A stretch of 64,000 bases of DNA from Candidatus Poribacteria bacterium (GTDB lineage: Bacteria; Poribacteria; WGA-4E; PCPOR2b). Within the stretch, counting starts at the first letter, position 1; the number at the start of each line of letters is the position of its first letter. Location of the stretch: positions 4,896,001-4,960,000 of the forward strand of contig OZ244587.1 in the NCBI GenBank assembly GCA_965218095.1, read 5' to 3'. Under the pieces are notes generated by a model. It saw only the letters and a list, made by a program, of their open reading frames with translations, did not search any database and was not told the origin of the DNA. Shown piece after piece: positions 18,947 through 29,411 of this stretch. The position numbers and the translations under genes were made by a program.

Positions 18947-20527
18947 ATGAACAATATGCCGGCGCAACGTGACTTTTTAGCGGGTGGGAGCGTCCAAAGT
19001 GAAAGGCCGAATATCTTGCTGATCATGGCTGATGACTTAGGCTTTTCCGATCTCGGCTGCTATGGCGGAGAGATTCACACGCCGAACCTTGATCGGCTGG
19101 CATACAATGGACTTCGTTTCACGCAGTTCTACAACAACGCAATTTGCACCGCCAGCCGGGCATCTCTGCTGACCGGACTTTACTCCCAACGGGTCGGCTG
19201 CACAAGAATGCAAAACTGCGTCACCGTCGCTGACGCCCTCAAGTCCGTCGGCTATCGCACGCTGATGACAGGGAAGTGGCATTTATCTGGAATTCCTGTC
19301 GAGCGCGGCTTTGACCGCCATTACGGTCTCGTCACCGGGGCCTGTAACCATTTTAATCCGGGGCTGAGACGCCCTGGGGAAAACGCGCCTGGTAAAAAAT
19401 CCCCCGGCGATAATGCACCCTTTGCCATTGACGACCAGATCATCCAGCCTTACACGCCCGAAGACAGAAATTTCTACAGCACCGACGCTTTTACCGATTA
19501 CGCCATCAAATACCTGGATGAGTACCGTCGGGAGGAAGCCCCGTTTTTCCTTTACGTGGCCTATACCGTGCCGCACTATCCGCTGCACGCCTTGCCAAAC
19601 GACATCGCCAAATATCGGGGGAGGTACAAAATCGGTTGGGACGAACTTCGGGAACAACGTTTTGTACGCATGGTCGAGATGGGCTTAATCGAAAAGCAGT
19701 GGAACTTATCGGTGCGCGATCCGGACTCGCTGCCATGGGAGGGGGTCGAGGATAAGGACGCCTGGGACCTGAAAATGGCCGTTTACGCGGCGATGGTCGA
19801 TCGCATGGACCAGGGCATCGGCCGAATTCTGACCAAGATCCGTGAGCTCGGCGTGGAGGAGAACACACTTGTGCTGTTTCTGTCAGACAACGGCGCCAGT
19901 GACGAAGACCGGACCCGTACGCCTGACCTTCCGCCCGGTCCGATGGAGTCGTACCGCACGGTAGACCTGCCCTGGGCGAATCTCAGCAATACGCCTTTCC
20001 GCAAATTCAAGCGATGGAACCACGAAGGCGGAATCGCCACGCCGCTGATCGCTTATTGGCCACGAGTCATTAAAAATGGAGGCGCGATCACCCACCAAAT
20101 GGGTCATCTTATCGACGTGATGTCCACGCAGGTGGCTATCACCGGAGCGGAAGCCCCGGCCTCCTATAATGTCCGCAAGGTTCTATCTTTGGAGGGAAAG
20201 AGCCTGCTGCCAATCTTCGAGGGCGGGCAGCGCGAAGGGCACGAGGCGCTGTATTGGAATCAGGCTGGACTGTGGTGTGCCGTCAGAAAGGGAAAATGGA
20301 AACTGGTCTCTCCAGACTATTGGATAAATTATCGTCCCTGGCGCCTCGACGGAGGGGAAACATCGGCACGTCCAGCGACTTCGGATGCGCAAACGATATG
20401 GGAACTTTACGATATGGAAGCCGACCGGACCGAATCAAATGACCTAGCGGAGCAGCATCCGGATCTTGTGAAAGAAATGGCTGAGATGTATGTCGCTTGG
20501 GAAAGGCATTGTGAAGCGAAGGGTTAG
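18947..20527 (+). CDS. Arylsulfatase (Cys-type, formylglycine-dependent)
   Basis: PNILLIMADDLG, CTASRASLLTG (CxxxR), GKWH, SDNG. Confidence 0.93.
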   Translation: MNNMPAQRDFLAGGSVQSERPNILLIMADDLGFSDLGCYGGEIHTPNLDRLAYNGLRFTQFYNNAICTASRASLLTGLYSQRVGCTRMQNCVTVADALKSVGYRTLMTGKWHLSGIPVERGFDRHYGLVTGACNHFNPGLRRPGENAPGKKSPGDNAPFAIDDQIIQPYTPEDRNFYSTDAFTDYAIKYLDEYRREEAPFFLYVAYTVPHYPLHALPNDIAKYRGRYKIGWDELREQRFVRMVEMGLIEKQWNLSVRDPDSLPWEGVEDKDAWDLKMAVYAAMVDRMDQGIGRILTKIRELGVEENTLVLFLSDNGASDEDRTRTPDLPPGPMESYRTVDLPWANLSNTPFRKFKRWNHEGGIATPLIAYWPRVIKNGGAITHQMGHLIDVMSTQVAITGAEAPASYNVRKVLSLEGKSLLPIFEGGQREGHEALYWNQAGLWCAVRKGKWKLVSPDYWINYRPWRLDGGETSARPATSDAQTIWELYDMEADRTESNDLAEQHPDLVKEMAEMYVAWERHCEAKG

Positions 20528-20670
20528 ACGGTCAGACCTTCCGGCGCTAAAAAGGCGGATTTGTGGCTGTCTGGCACAACGGTCAAACCCGTCCCGTAAC
20601 CGTTCAAAGTTGATTCAATTTCAACCATTAATGTGCTCCCTAACAACCTTGGTTTCATCTTATCTGGATG

Positions 20671-21735
20671 TCAGTTTGATGCCATTACGCCGTCTGCCGA
20701 GGCCTCAAGCGCCTGCAAGACTTCTATCGCCACTTTTGCCTGATCGGTTGTGGGGTCGTGTTTGATGATGCGATTCAGAACCAGTATCGCTTGTGCATCG
20801 CCGTCGCTGGCCAGAGACAACGCTTCGTCAAATCCCTTGTTCAAGTAGCTAAAGTCCCTTGCCACAACAGGTGTCTCTACCCGATCTTTCCAGTAGTATT
20901 TCAGTTCATCAGACTCCCAGTCACGGTACACATCCTCCCAACTGAGTGGACTAAGGCGGGTAAGGTGAGGCATCAACATGTGCTCGGCAATCGGATCGCC
21001 TATCGCCTGATAACGGTTGTCCAGCGAGACGCGCAGCCGGTCCTCCGTTAGATTAGGCAGTGCCTCATGTATGGTCAGCGCCGGAAAGATCAAGGTGTCG
21101 CCAATCTCGTAGTCTGTGGTGTGCCACTCGCCGGAAAGTTCATCGGTGTTGACACGCAAACCGCCAGCGCCCAGCGAAAAGTGGTGTTCTAACACCTTAC
21201 TGACTTTGTGGGACTCCGGCAACACCGCCAGTCCGCCTAACTCGATTGGACAATCGCCGACGGACGCCCAACAGGTATAGGTCTCAAAATTCCCCTGGAA
21301 GTGAACAAAATCCTGGTGCACCGGCGTGGTATGTTCCGTATACTTCGGAAACCAGATGCGGGCGATTTTCTGTGGGTGGGGCAACACCGGTCTGCCAATC
21401 ACCTTTTCCATCATGTCCAGCACTTCAGGCCAGTGACCCGCTCGGTGAAAGGCTTCTAACTTATAGACTTCGTGGTAGACGTCGGTGTACCCCATGTCTC
21501 CCTCAGTACACTGGCGCGAGATGTCGGCGATGCCATCCATCGGATCGGTGCCCGCGACGAGCCAACCGCCCTCCTGGATGACGGTCAACATCTGCCGACG
21601 CAAGTCCCATAGTTTATCGGGGTTCTGGAGTCTCTTGAAAAAGAGATACCCGTCATCCTGAATCCGATGACGCAGTTCCAATGGGTCGTTCATTGCATCG
21701 TTGGACACTCGTAATTCCTTTAATTGCGTTGCCAT
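20671..21735 (-). CDS. Phytanoyl-CoA dioxygenase (PhyH) family protein
   Basis: DGYL, HQD iron motif, LAVLPESH, distal His in TIHEALPN. Likely start MATQLK. Confidence 0.88.
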   Translation of the reverse strand: MATQLKELRVSNDAMNDPLELRHRIQDDGYLFFKRLQNPDKLWDLRRQMLTVIQEGGWLVAGTDPMDGIADISRQCTEGDMGYTDVYHEVYKLEAFHRAGHWPEVLDMMEKVIGRPVLPHPQKIARIWFPKYTEHTTPVHQDFVHFQGNFETYTCWASVGDCPIELGGLAVLPESHKVSKVLEHHFSLGAGGLRVNTDELSGEWHTTDYEIGDTLIFPALTIHEALPNLTEDRLRVSLDNRYQAIGDPIAEHMLMPHLTRLSPLSWEDVYRDWESDELKYYWKDRVETPVVARDFSYLNKGFDEALSLASDGDAQAILVLNRIIKHDPTTDQAKVAIEVLQALEASADGVMASN

Positions 21736-21859
21736 TATATGTCTCCTCTCGAAATGAGAATGACTTAGCAAACTTGAATCCGGTGAGTTGTTAAGTGGGT
21801 ATCAACCCGTTTGGTGTAGTGAAATTTTTAATGAATGAACCATTCCGAAAACAAAACCG

Positions 21860-22684
21860 TTAAACTTTCTTGTTGGGCGCCCGAGGTAGGAGTTGCAGCG
21901 GTTGAACAATTTGCCGGCGCTCGGGGGTGAGTCGTTCCAGGAGTTCCGGCGAGGGTTGGTAGCCATAGCGGAAATTGCCCCAGGACGGACCATAGCGATA
22001 GACAACAGTTCGTCGGATACCTGCGTTCACCCGTTTCGCTGAACCGTGTGACAGCCCGTCTACGAAAAGCAGAGCGTCACCGGCTTTGATGTGAAGCTCA
22101 ACAGCCCCTTCTATCCCCTCGACTGTAGCCCCCTTCGCTATTCTGTGTCTTTCGTAGTGCGGGTGTCTAAAATTGGATTTGTGACTGCCGGGGATGATCA
22201 TTGTGCCGCCGTCGCCGAGCCCAATGTCCGTCAGCGCGATGAGGATATCGATCTGTCCGCACATGAACCGCCCGTTGTGATATCGAAACTGGTTGCGATG
22301 GATGGGCGGATACCCCCCAGAGTGCAGCCCGATAGCTTCTCCCGTCCCTCGAAAGTTGGCGAAGTTCTCGTCAATAAATAGAGGACCGTGGTGATAATCG
22401 AATGTCCCTTCTCCCCCAACGAAATATTTCACCTTGTCTATCCATGAGGGGTGATCAATCAGCTTCTCGAAAGGTTCTCCCGCTTCATAGATCTGCTGTA
22501 GGTTGATCCCATCGGTGGCGCCGTACTGGTGCGCATGAATATAATCGTACCACTCTCCGGGTTTCAACGGCGGTATCGCATCGAGGCAGGCATTGAGATC
22601 GGCGACTTCCTCAGGGGTTAACGCATTTGGCAAAACGACATAACCGCGTAAGTCAAAAAGATAGATCTCAAGATCGGATACCAT
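21860..22684 (-). CDS. Phytanoyl-CoA dioxygenase (PhyH) family protein
   Basis: YLFDLRGY, LHSG, GGTMIIPGSHK, KAGDALLF, HG motifs. Confidence 0.9.
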   Translation of the reverse strand: MVSDLEIYLFDLRGYVVLPNALTPEEVADLNACLDAIPPLKPGEWYDYIHAHQYGATDGINLQQIYEAGEPFEKLIDHPSWIDKVKYFVGGEGTFDYHHGPLFIDENFANFRGTGEAIGLHSGGYPPIHRNQFRYHNGRFMCGQIDILIALTDIGLGDGGTMIIPGSHKSNFRHPHYERHRIAKGATVEGIEGAVELHIKAGDALLFVDGLSHGSAKRVNAGIRRTVVYRYGPSWGNFRYGYQPSPELLERLTPERRQIVQPLQLLPRAPNKKV

Positions 22685-22946
22685 AAGTCCTCCTTTGATT
22701 CGGTGTTCGTTAAACAGAATTTAATCCGCATCCAATTATAATTGCGTGTCAAAGCGGCGTTCCCTGATTTCAAACGGAAATAATCCTGCGCTTTATAAAA
22801 AAACCATTGGATTCCGCACAAACTACAACAGGGTCTCTTATCGGGACGCTACCTTCGGGGCGTAATGTGACGGAAGCTGGCTGTGGAGTGGCTGTAAGTG
22901 ATGGCAAACCCGGATCAAACAGATCTCGTTACGTTTGAGGATACTC

Positions 22947-24011
22947 CTAATCCGGCTTACTTCCCCGACGATTGGTAAGCGAGCGAGGTGTCAGGTCGAA
23001 GAATGTCTCGTGGCCATGGAAAAAGCGATCCAGCTCGTCCACCATCAGCGTGAAGAAATGCGGGTATGCGTCACCAGTAAAGGCGGCAGAGTGTGGGGTC
23101 AGGAATACGTTGGGGAGATGGATAATTTCGCTGTTGGGCGGAATCGGCTCTGGGTCGAACACATCCAATCCAGCGGTGATGTCCCCACGCTTTAACCGCG
23201 CAATGAGTGCCTCAGCGTCGATAATTGCTCCGCGGGAGACGTTCACCAGCGCCACGCCTGATGGAATCAAATCCAGTTCGCGTTGACCAATCATCCCCCG
23301 CGTCTTCGGCGTCAACGGCGCGACGCAGACAATCACGTCACACTGCGACAATAGGTTGTCCAGCGAGGTCTGCAAAAAGCCCACCGCTTCTGCCATCTCC
23401 CGCGGCAGATAGGGGTCGTACACCCAGATATCGACCTCGAAGGGCCGCAGGAACTTGATCAGACGTCGGCCCATGTGCCCACAGCCGATTAACCCAACGC
23501 GCTTGCCTATGAGGCTGCCACCCGCATGTTTGAGCGCCTCCTGGCCCCAGGCGGTCTCACCGGCGATGATGCGGCGGAATTGCGCTCCGGCGTTGCGCAG
23601 CGAAATCAGGATGAGCGCCAGCGCCCACTCCGCCACCGGATAGGAGGATCCATTGGTCGTATCCACCGTGCGGATGCCCCGCTCCCAGGCGGCTTCCAAG
23701 TCAATTCGACTGGCGAAGCGGTCGCCCTCCAGCTCTCCGATGATTTTCAGGTTTGGCGCAGCGTCCATAATCTCGGCGTTTATCGTGGGTGAGCCGTGGC
23801 AGACGACAAGACTGTTGATATCGCCAACGCGCTCGCGTAGTTGCGCTGCTGCATCCGGATCTTCGTTCGCATTGTGGATGCCCCCGCCCTTGCAGGAAAA
23901 CCACTCCCAGTCGGCAAAGGTTTCGAGTCGTTCGATTTCTGCTGGGGGCAGGTAGCCCTCGCGCACATGCTCATCGCAAGCCAGCAGGACTTTAGGACGA
24001 AATGTTGTCAT
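22947..24011 (-). CDS. D-isomer-specific 2-hydroxyacid dehydrogenase
   Basis: GLIGCGHMG, YDP, NVSRG, LDVFDPEP, TPH motifs. Confidence 0.92.
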   Translation of the reverse strand: MTTFRPKVLLACDEHVREGYLPPAEIERLETFADWEWFSCKGGGIHNANEDPDAAAQLRERVGDINSLVVCHGSPTINAEIMDAAPNLKIIGELEGDRFASRIDLEAAWERGIRTVDTTNGSSYPVAEWALALILISLRNAGAQFRRIIAGETAWGQEALKHAGGSLIGKRVGLIGCGHMGRRLIKFLRPFEVDIWVYDPYLPREMAEAVGFLQTSLDNLLSQCDVIVCVAPLTPKTRGMIGQRELDLIPSGVALVNVSRGAIIDAEALIARLKRGDITAGLDVFDPEPIPPNSEIIHLPNVFLTPHSAAFTGDAYPHFFTLMVDELDRFFHGHETFFDLTPRSLTNRRGSKPD

Positions 24012-24423
24012 CGCGTATATACCTCCATTATGGTGGTTTTCTTAACTTGTAGTAAGCGTGCAGGGGGTAGGCTAGTTGATGCTTCCCTGTAGAGCGAGCA
24101 TCTCGCTCGTTCCCCAACGACAAGGATTGAACCAGCCAGCGGCAGGCTCTACCGGAACTGACCACATATTTCTGCCATCGTAGGAACGGTTATCAGGCTT
24201 TTCCACTGCGCCTCACCTTTTCAGGAGATTATAAGGGCTTTACCGTCCTGATAAGGATGGCGTTGGTGTCCGAAATGATGAATTTTTCGTCAATGCCCGT
24301 AAACACTGGGTTAATCTGAATTATTAGATAGGCTCTTAGTACAGGTAAGGATAACTTAAAATGGTCGGCGTGTCAATCGGTTTTTGTGATTGGTAGAAAT
24401 TCCCCATAACGAAAATTTTCTCA

Positions 24424-24451
24424 TTGACATTACCATTTGAATTAGTATAAT
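24424..24451 (+). promoter_or_regulatory. Consensus sigma70 promoter for the SnoaL/Sec gene
   Basis: TTGACA-16 nt-TATAAT about 100 nt before the ATG at 24551. Confidence 0.7.
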
Positions 24452-24550
24452 TTGAAAGCCCACTGCTGCAGAGTCAATCGGAAGCTACCAGTTCAACTGT
24501 CAATCCAATTTTGACCGAACATACTTGTAGTTATAGATAGGAGCTAAATT

Positions 24551-25669
24551 ATGAAACAACCTGTAACAATAACAAGAATGATATGCCTCCTGATAGTGGG
24601 TGTGTACTTATTCCTCTTCCTCAGCGTTGATCCGACTATTAATGGGTCAACTGCAGAGGCTGACGACGACAGATCAGCAGAAAACCGAGCCATCGTCCGT
24701 CGCATCTACGAGGAAGTTTTTAACGCTGGAAAGCTGGGCCAGGCAGATACGTTGATTGCGGCTGAATATATCGACCATACCCCACCGGGGCCAGGCGGGA
24801 AATCTGGCATAGAGGGATTCAAGCAAACCGTTAGAGCGTTCCGTTTTGCCTTTCCCGACTTGCGTTTCACAATTGAGGAGGTGATTGCCAAAGGAGACAC
24901 GGTGGTGACTCGTACCACCATGCACGGCACGCACAAGAGCGATTTTATGAGTATCAACGCAACTGGCAAGTGGGTAACGGTGGCAGGGTTCGACACCTAC
25001 CGCATCGCTGACGGGGTAGTTGTGGAACGATGGGGAACCCTTGACGGGATGACACTGATGCAACAAATCGGCGATCTTCCCCCAACGGCCTGGCAATATA
25101 CGCTACTTGGGGTGCTAACCCAAGAAGAACGTAAGCAAATGCTTGACGAAATGAGTAAGGCTTCCCAGGAGAATGTAGACGTCTTCGCAGCAGACCCTCC
25201 CCCGATAATGGATCTTGTTCATTTAGATCAGCTAAAATACCTGTTCCAGGGGGACGACGGTCGGGTCCGCTTGGTTGCGTTGCTTTCCCCCAACTGACCG
25301 AAATGCCGTCGGGGGGTCTCCGAAATCACAAAGATATTCAAAAGAATTCCAGACAACCGGCTCCGTACTTACCTCATCTGGCAGCCGATTCTTAACAGCG
25401 ATGATCGAACTTCAGCAGAAAGGCGCGCCCGTGAATTTTCAGACGAAAGGTTCACCCATCTCTGGGATAGTAATATCTTCACCGGAAACCTTTGGCAGCG
25501 CATTCTTGGTCTCCACAAAATTGCATGGGATGTTTACATGCTGTATGGTGCATACGCTCAGTGGGAGATAGAGCCTCCACCACCGGATCTCTGGTTGCCC
25601 CAGCTCCATAGCACAACACGCGCGCGATTCGAGTTGAAAACAAATCAACTCCTACAACAAATTCAGTAG
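24551..25669 (+). CDS. Exported SnoaL-like domain fused to a thioredoxin-like UxxC domain (probable selenoprotein; UGA at 25295-25297)
   Basis: Signal/TM segment and SnoaL motifs (FPDLRFTIE, GTH). The frame continues past TGA as LLSPN-U-PKCRRG for 123 more sense codons to TAG at 25667-25669. A hairpin lies 11 nt downstream of the TGA. Confidence 0.8.
25309..25323 (+). promoter_or_regulatory. Candidate bacterial SECIS hairpin
   Basis: TCGGGG-GGT-CTCCGA stem-loop starting 11 nt after the UGA, with GU in the apical loop. Confidence 0.65.
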
Positions 25670-25803
25670 TTTGCGGAGAATCGCCCACCGTCCGGTGCGG
25701 ATGCGAGGCCAAATCATCCAGCGGAAAACGTCGTGAGGATAAGCGTAACCATAGTGATTCTCAAATCTGCCCTGCGCGATGAGCGCTCTGATGCTTTCCC
25801 CCA

Positions 25804-28239
25804 ATGACTCGCTATTTCCTTTCAATCGCTCTGCTAGCCGGTTCAATCATCGCTTATGAGATTACGTTGATGCGCTTATTTTCAATTGCGCAATGGCACC
25901 ATTTCGCGTACATGATTATCAGCATGGCGCTGCTCGGATTCGGCGCCAGTGGAACGGTGATTTCGATCGCGCAGCATTGGCTGGTACCACGTTTTCATAC
26001 CGTGTACATGATCTCTGGACTCATCTATTCGATCAGCATTGTCGGCTGCTATACGCTGCACCAATATGTTCCGTTCAACCCGTTGAGGCTGGTCTGGCAG
26101 CCGAGCCAAACGTTATCCCTTTTTGCACTGTATCTTATCCTATCCCTCCCCTTTTTCTTTGGTGCAGCGTGCATCGGTATGGCTCTGCTTCAATTCACAG
26201 CAAAAGTCAATCGACTCTACTTTTTTGATCTCTTCGGTTCAGGCCTCGGCGCGCTAGGAATTATCTCCACGATGTACGTGATTCCTCCTGCGCAAAACTT
26301 GACCGTCCTTTCAACGATTGGCTTTTGCAGCATCCTGATTGCCAATTTGGGCAGATTGCGAGAGCTCGTTCTAATCACAGGGATCGCGGGCGCATCTATC
26401 GGCTATTTTTTGTTGAGCCCCATCTCTATAAAAATCTCCCCTTATAAAGGGCTGAGTAGCACACTCAACTTTCCGGATGCGGAAATTCTGAGCGACTCAT
26501 ATAGTCCACTTGGGATGCTGCATGTTGTGCGCAGTGCGTCAATCCGTGCCGCGCCGGGATTAAGTCTGGGGTCACTGCATTTGACGCCGCCGCAGTTGGG
26601 CTTATTTACCGACGCCGACGCGATGACGGCGATTACAAATTTCAGAGGGGATTTGTCGAAACTGGCTTACTTAGCCGACACAACGTCAGCTTTGGCATAT
26701 CACCTCATCGAAGCGCCCCATGTGTTGGTGTTGGGAGCAGGGGGTGGCGGGGATGTCCTCAATGCGCTGTACCACAATGCGGCTTTCGTCGATGCTGTCG
26801 AGTTGAATCCACAAGTAATCGACTTAGTGAAGGAAGAACATGGCGATTTTGCCGGGGGCGTTTACGCGGAAGATTCGATCTATCCGGTCCGGGTTCACAT
26901 TGCAGAAGCGCGCGGATTCGTGAGATCGACAGCGAAGAAGTACGACCTCATCCAGATTGCGCTGCTCGATTCTGTGAGTGCATCCGCTGCGGGGACACAT
27001 GCTTTGAGCGAAAGTTACCTCTATACGGTTGAAGCGATTTCAGACCTCTTTCAACATCTAAATCCTGACGGGATGGTGTCAATCACGCGGTGGTTGAAGG
27101 CGCCGCCACGCGATATGATTCGGCTGTTCGCGACCGCAGTCGAAGCTTTGGAACGGATCGAAGGAGGGGTTCCCGCCCAACAGTTGGCTATGATTCGGGG
27201 ATGGCGAACAGGGACATTACTGATTAAGAACGGACGATTGCACCCGGAGGATGGAGCGGCGATTCAGCGCTTCTGCCATGAGCGTTCTTTCGACACGGCG
27301 TACTACCCCCAGATGTCGGAATCCGAAGCGAACCGTTATAATCAACTGGCGGAACCGATCTACTTTCGCGCTGCACAAGCAATCTTATCCGGTAATCGCA
27401 CGCAATTTTACCGGCAATATCCTTTTGATATTCGGCCAGCGACCGATAACCGCCCATATTTCTTTCAGTTTCTTCGTATCAATTCTCTGATTCAGATGGT
27501 TCGGACAATCGGCAGGAACGCCATCCCGTTCATCGAATGGGGATACCTGCTCCTCATCGCGACGCTGATCCAAGCGGTTTTGGCGGGGCTAATCTTGATC
27601 CTCGCGCCGCTCTTTTTCTTGCGGCATCGTTTGAAGCGTTCAATCAACGAGTCTGATTTCGCCCATTCGCCCATTTGTATATTCGCATATTTTCTGAGTT
27701 TAGGCTTTGGATTCATGTTCATTGAGATGGCGTTTATCCAAAAATTTCTTCTGCTACTTGCCGACCCAACTTATTCTGTTGCGGTTGTGCTTTGTGCCTT
27801 CCTTGTTTTTGCAGGACTCGGCAGCCTTTTCTCTCCCAAACTGACGACTGTCATTGAGAGGGTGGGTCTACTTCCCCGACAACCAAAGCCAATCTCCATT
27901 GCAATCGGGATATTGTCGCTGATCGCCGTTCTTTATATCCAACTACTTCCCCCGATTTTCCGCAGTTTTCTCGCAAGCCCAGATAACCTCAAGATTATCG
28001 TATCAATCGGACTTATTGCACCGCTGGCATTTTTCATGGGCATGCCCTTCCCATTGGGGATAGATTTGCTGCGAAGACGCCATCCGGATCTGATCGCCTG
28101 GGCATGGGGAATTAACGGCTATGCGTCGGTGGTGAGTGTGATTCTCTCGACCTGTCTTGCGATTGCGTTTGGCTTTAACACCGTGATCCTTCTGGCAATC
28201 GGGGTTTACCTTGTTGGTGCATGGATGCTCCCCCGTTAG
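25804..28239 (+). CDS. Polytopic membrane protein with central spermidine-synthase-like SAM-dependent methyltransferase domain
   Basis: TM blocks at both ends, VLVLGAGGGGD SAM motif, VELNP, ATDNRPYF, AWGING. Confidence 0.88.
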   Translation: MTRYFLSIALLAGSIIAYEITLMRLFSIAQWHHFAYMIISMALLGFGASGTVISIAQHWLVPRFHTVYMISGLIYSISIVGCYTLHQYVPFNPLRLVWQPSQTLSLFALYLILSLPFFFGAACIGMALLQFTAKVNRLYFFDLFGSGLGALGIISTMYVIPPAQNLTVLSTIGFCSILIANLGRLRELVLITGIAGASIGYFLLSPISIKISPYKGLSSTLNFPDAEILSDSYSPLGMLHVVRSASIRAAPGLSLGSLHLTPPQLGLFTDADAMTAITNFRGDLSKLAYLADTTSALAYHLIEAPHVLVLGAGGGGDVLNALYHNAAFVDAVELNPQVIDLVKEEHGDFAGGVYAEDSIYPVRVHIAEARGFVRSTAKKYDLIQIALLDSVSASAAGTHALSESYLYTVEAISDLFQHLNPDGMVSITRWLKAPPRDMIRLFATAVEALERIEGGVPAQQLAMIRGWRTGTLLIKNGRLHPEDGAAIQRFCHERSFDTAYYPQMSESEANRYNQLAEPIYFRAAQAILSGNRTQFYRQYPFDIRPATDNRPYFFQFLRINSLIQMVRTIGRNAIPFIEWGYLLLIATLIQAVLAGLILILAPLFFLRHRLKRSINESDFAHSPICIFAYFLSLGFGFMFIEMAFIQKFLLLLADPTYSVAVVLCAFLVFAGLGSLFSPKLTTVIERVGLLPRQPKPISIAIGILSLIAVLYIQLLPPIFRSFLASPDNLKIIVSIGLIAPLAFFMGMPFPLGIDLLRRRHPDLIAWAWGINGYASVVSVILSTCLAIAFGFNTVILLAIGVYLVGAWMLPR

Positions 28240-28284
28240 GATGTCGTAAAAAATAGATCTCGCCAATTGATTTGTGGTATAATA

Positions 28285-29260
28285 ACCTTTGGTGCTAGTT
28301 AGAGACTAAATTGAGCAATAGATAAAGGCATAAACCCATCTGCGTCAGCCTCAAAGCCATTCCACTGCACCAAGAGATTAAACAACGCCATCGTGAAAGC
28401 GAGGCGTGTTTTGAAATAGGCCCAACAACGATGCATCACTTTCTTAAAGTGGCACACCACCGTCAACATCGACAAAACAGTTTCTACCAGCATCCGACAA
28501 TTCCATTCCCCTCGTCGGCACAGACGCAAGTTGGAAGGAAACCAATCGACCTTGGCAAACCCTTCATCGGCAAAAACAACCATCTGGTCACAGACCCCAT
28601 CAACAAGATGTTGGAAGCGACTACCGTCGTGCACATTGGCAGTATCACAATCCCAGTCGACAATTAGTCCAAGATGATTGAGCAGCAGACAAAGCTTCCC
28701 CCCCACAATCCAGCGTTGGTTGGATATCCCTTTCCGGCCCATTTGCTGCTCAGAACGACATTCTCGGCGGGGGTGAATCAGTTCGATACCATAAGTGTCA
28801 ATCACGCCGATGAGTGAAGGATTTGCCATGAAAATATCAGTCAGATGTTGATGATTGTTGAACAAGCGAAACAAGCAGGTTCGCTCGGGTAAATTGGGGA
28901 ACCAGGGTTTGTAATTGTTTTCTATCCAGCGGTAGAAGGCTCGGTTGCCAACGCCTTTGAGTGCAAAAAGTAAGGCGAGGGTTACCACTTCAGAGGGATA
29001 GAGATTGGCTTGGGTATGCTTTTGGTTTTTCTGGTGTTGTGTGAGTTTATCATCTACACAACAGAACAATTGTGTGATAAAATCTATAAGGGGCATGAGT
29101 CTGGATTTCCTCCCGTTAATCAAGAATTGTCTAACACTTAGATTAACGGTAGAATCGAGGAAATCGTCTCATGACCTCAATCCAGCGAGGACCAAAGCGA
29201 AGCCAGGGTGTTCTGTTATGCCCATTGACTTCCACCAAATTCCAAACTAGCACCATTGGT
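28285..29260 (-). mobile_element. IS982-like insertion sequence
   Basis: Terminal inverted repeats ACC(TT/AA)TGGTGCTAGTT and 5-bp direct repeat TAATA at 28280-28284 and 29261-29265. Contains a transposase. Confidence 0.8.
28299..29123 (-). CDS. DDE transposase, IS982-like
   Basis: SEVVTL HTH region, IDT, ADEGF, R..VETVLS catalytic motifs. Confidence 0.88.
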   Translation of the reverse strand: MINGRKSRLMPLIDFITQLFCCVDDKLTQHQKNQKHTQANLYPSEVVTLALLFALKGVGNRAFYRWIENNYKPWFPNLPERTCLFRLFNNHQHLTDIFMANPSLIGVIDTYGIELIHPRRECRSEQQMGRKGISNQRWIVGGKLCLLLNHLGLIVDWDCDTANVHDGSRFQHLVDGVCDQMVVFADEGFAKVDWFPSNLRLCRRGEWNCRMLVETVLSMLTVVCHFKKVMHRCWAYFKTRLAFTMALFNLLVQWNGFEADADGFMPLSIAQFSL

Positions 29261-29411
29261 TAATATAAAGGGAGTAGCACTGGGTATCATCTTCTTAAGG
29301 CGGGTGCCGATTGGCGTTTTATTCTGCCGCTTATTCCGTGTTCGCCGGGGAACCGATAAACCGAACACGATGGCTCAACGAGTTGAATTGATCCTTGCAG
29401 GGAGGATAACC

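Noticed and set aside
24231-24339. Possible MITE bounded by TAAGGGCT and GGCTCTTA.
   Set aside because: The inverted repeat is short and imperfect, and there is no second copy in the window.
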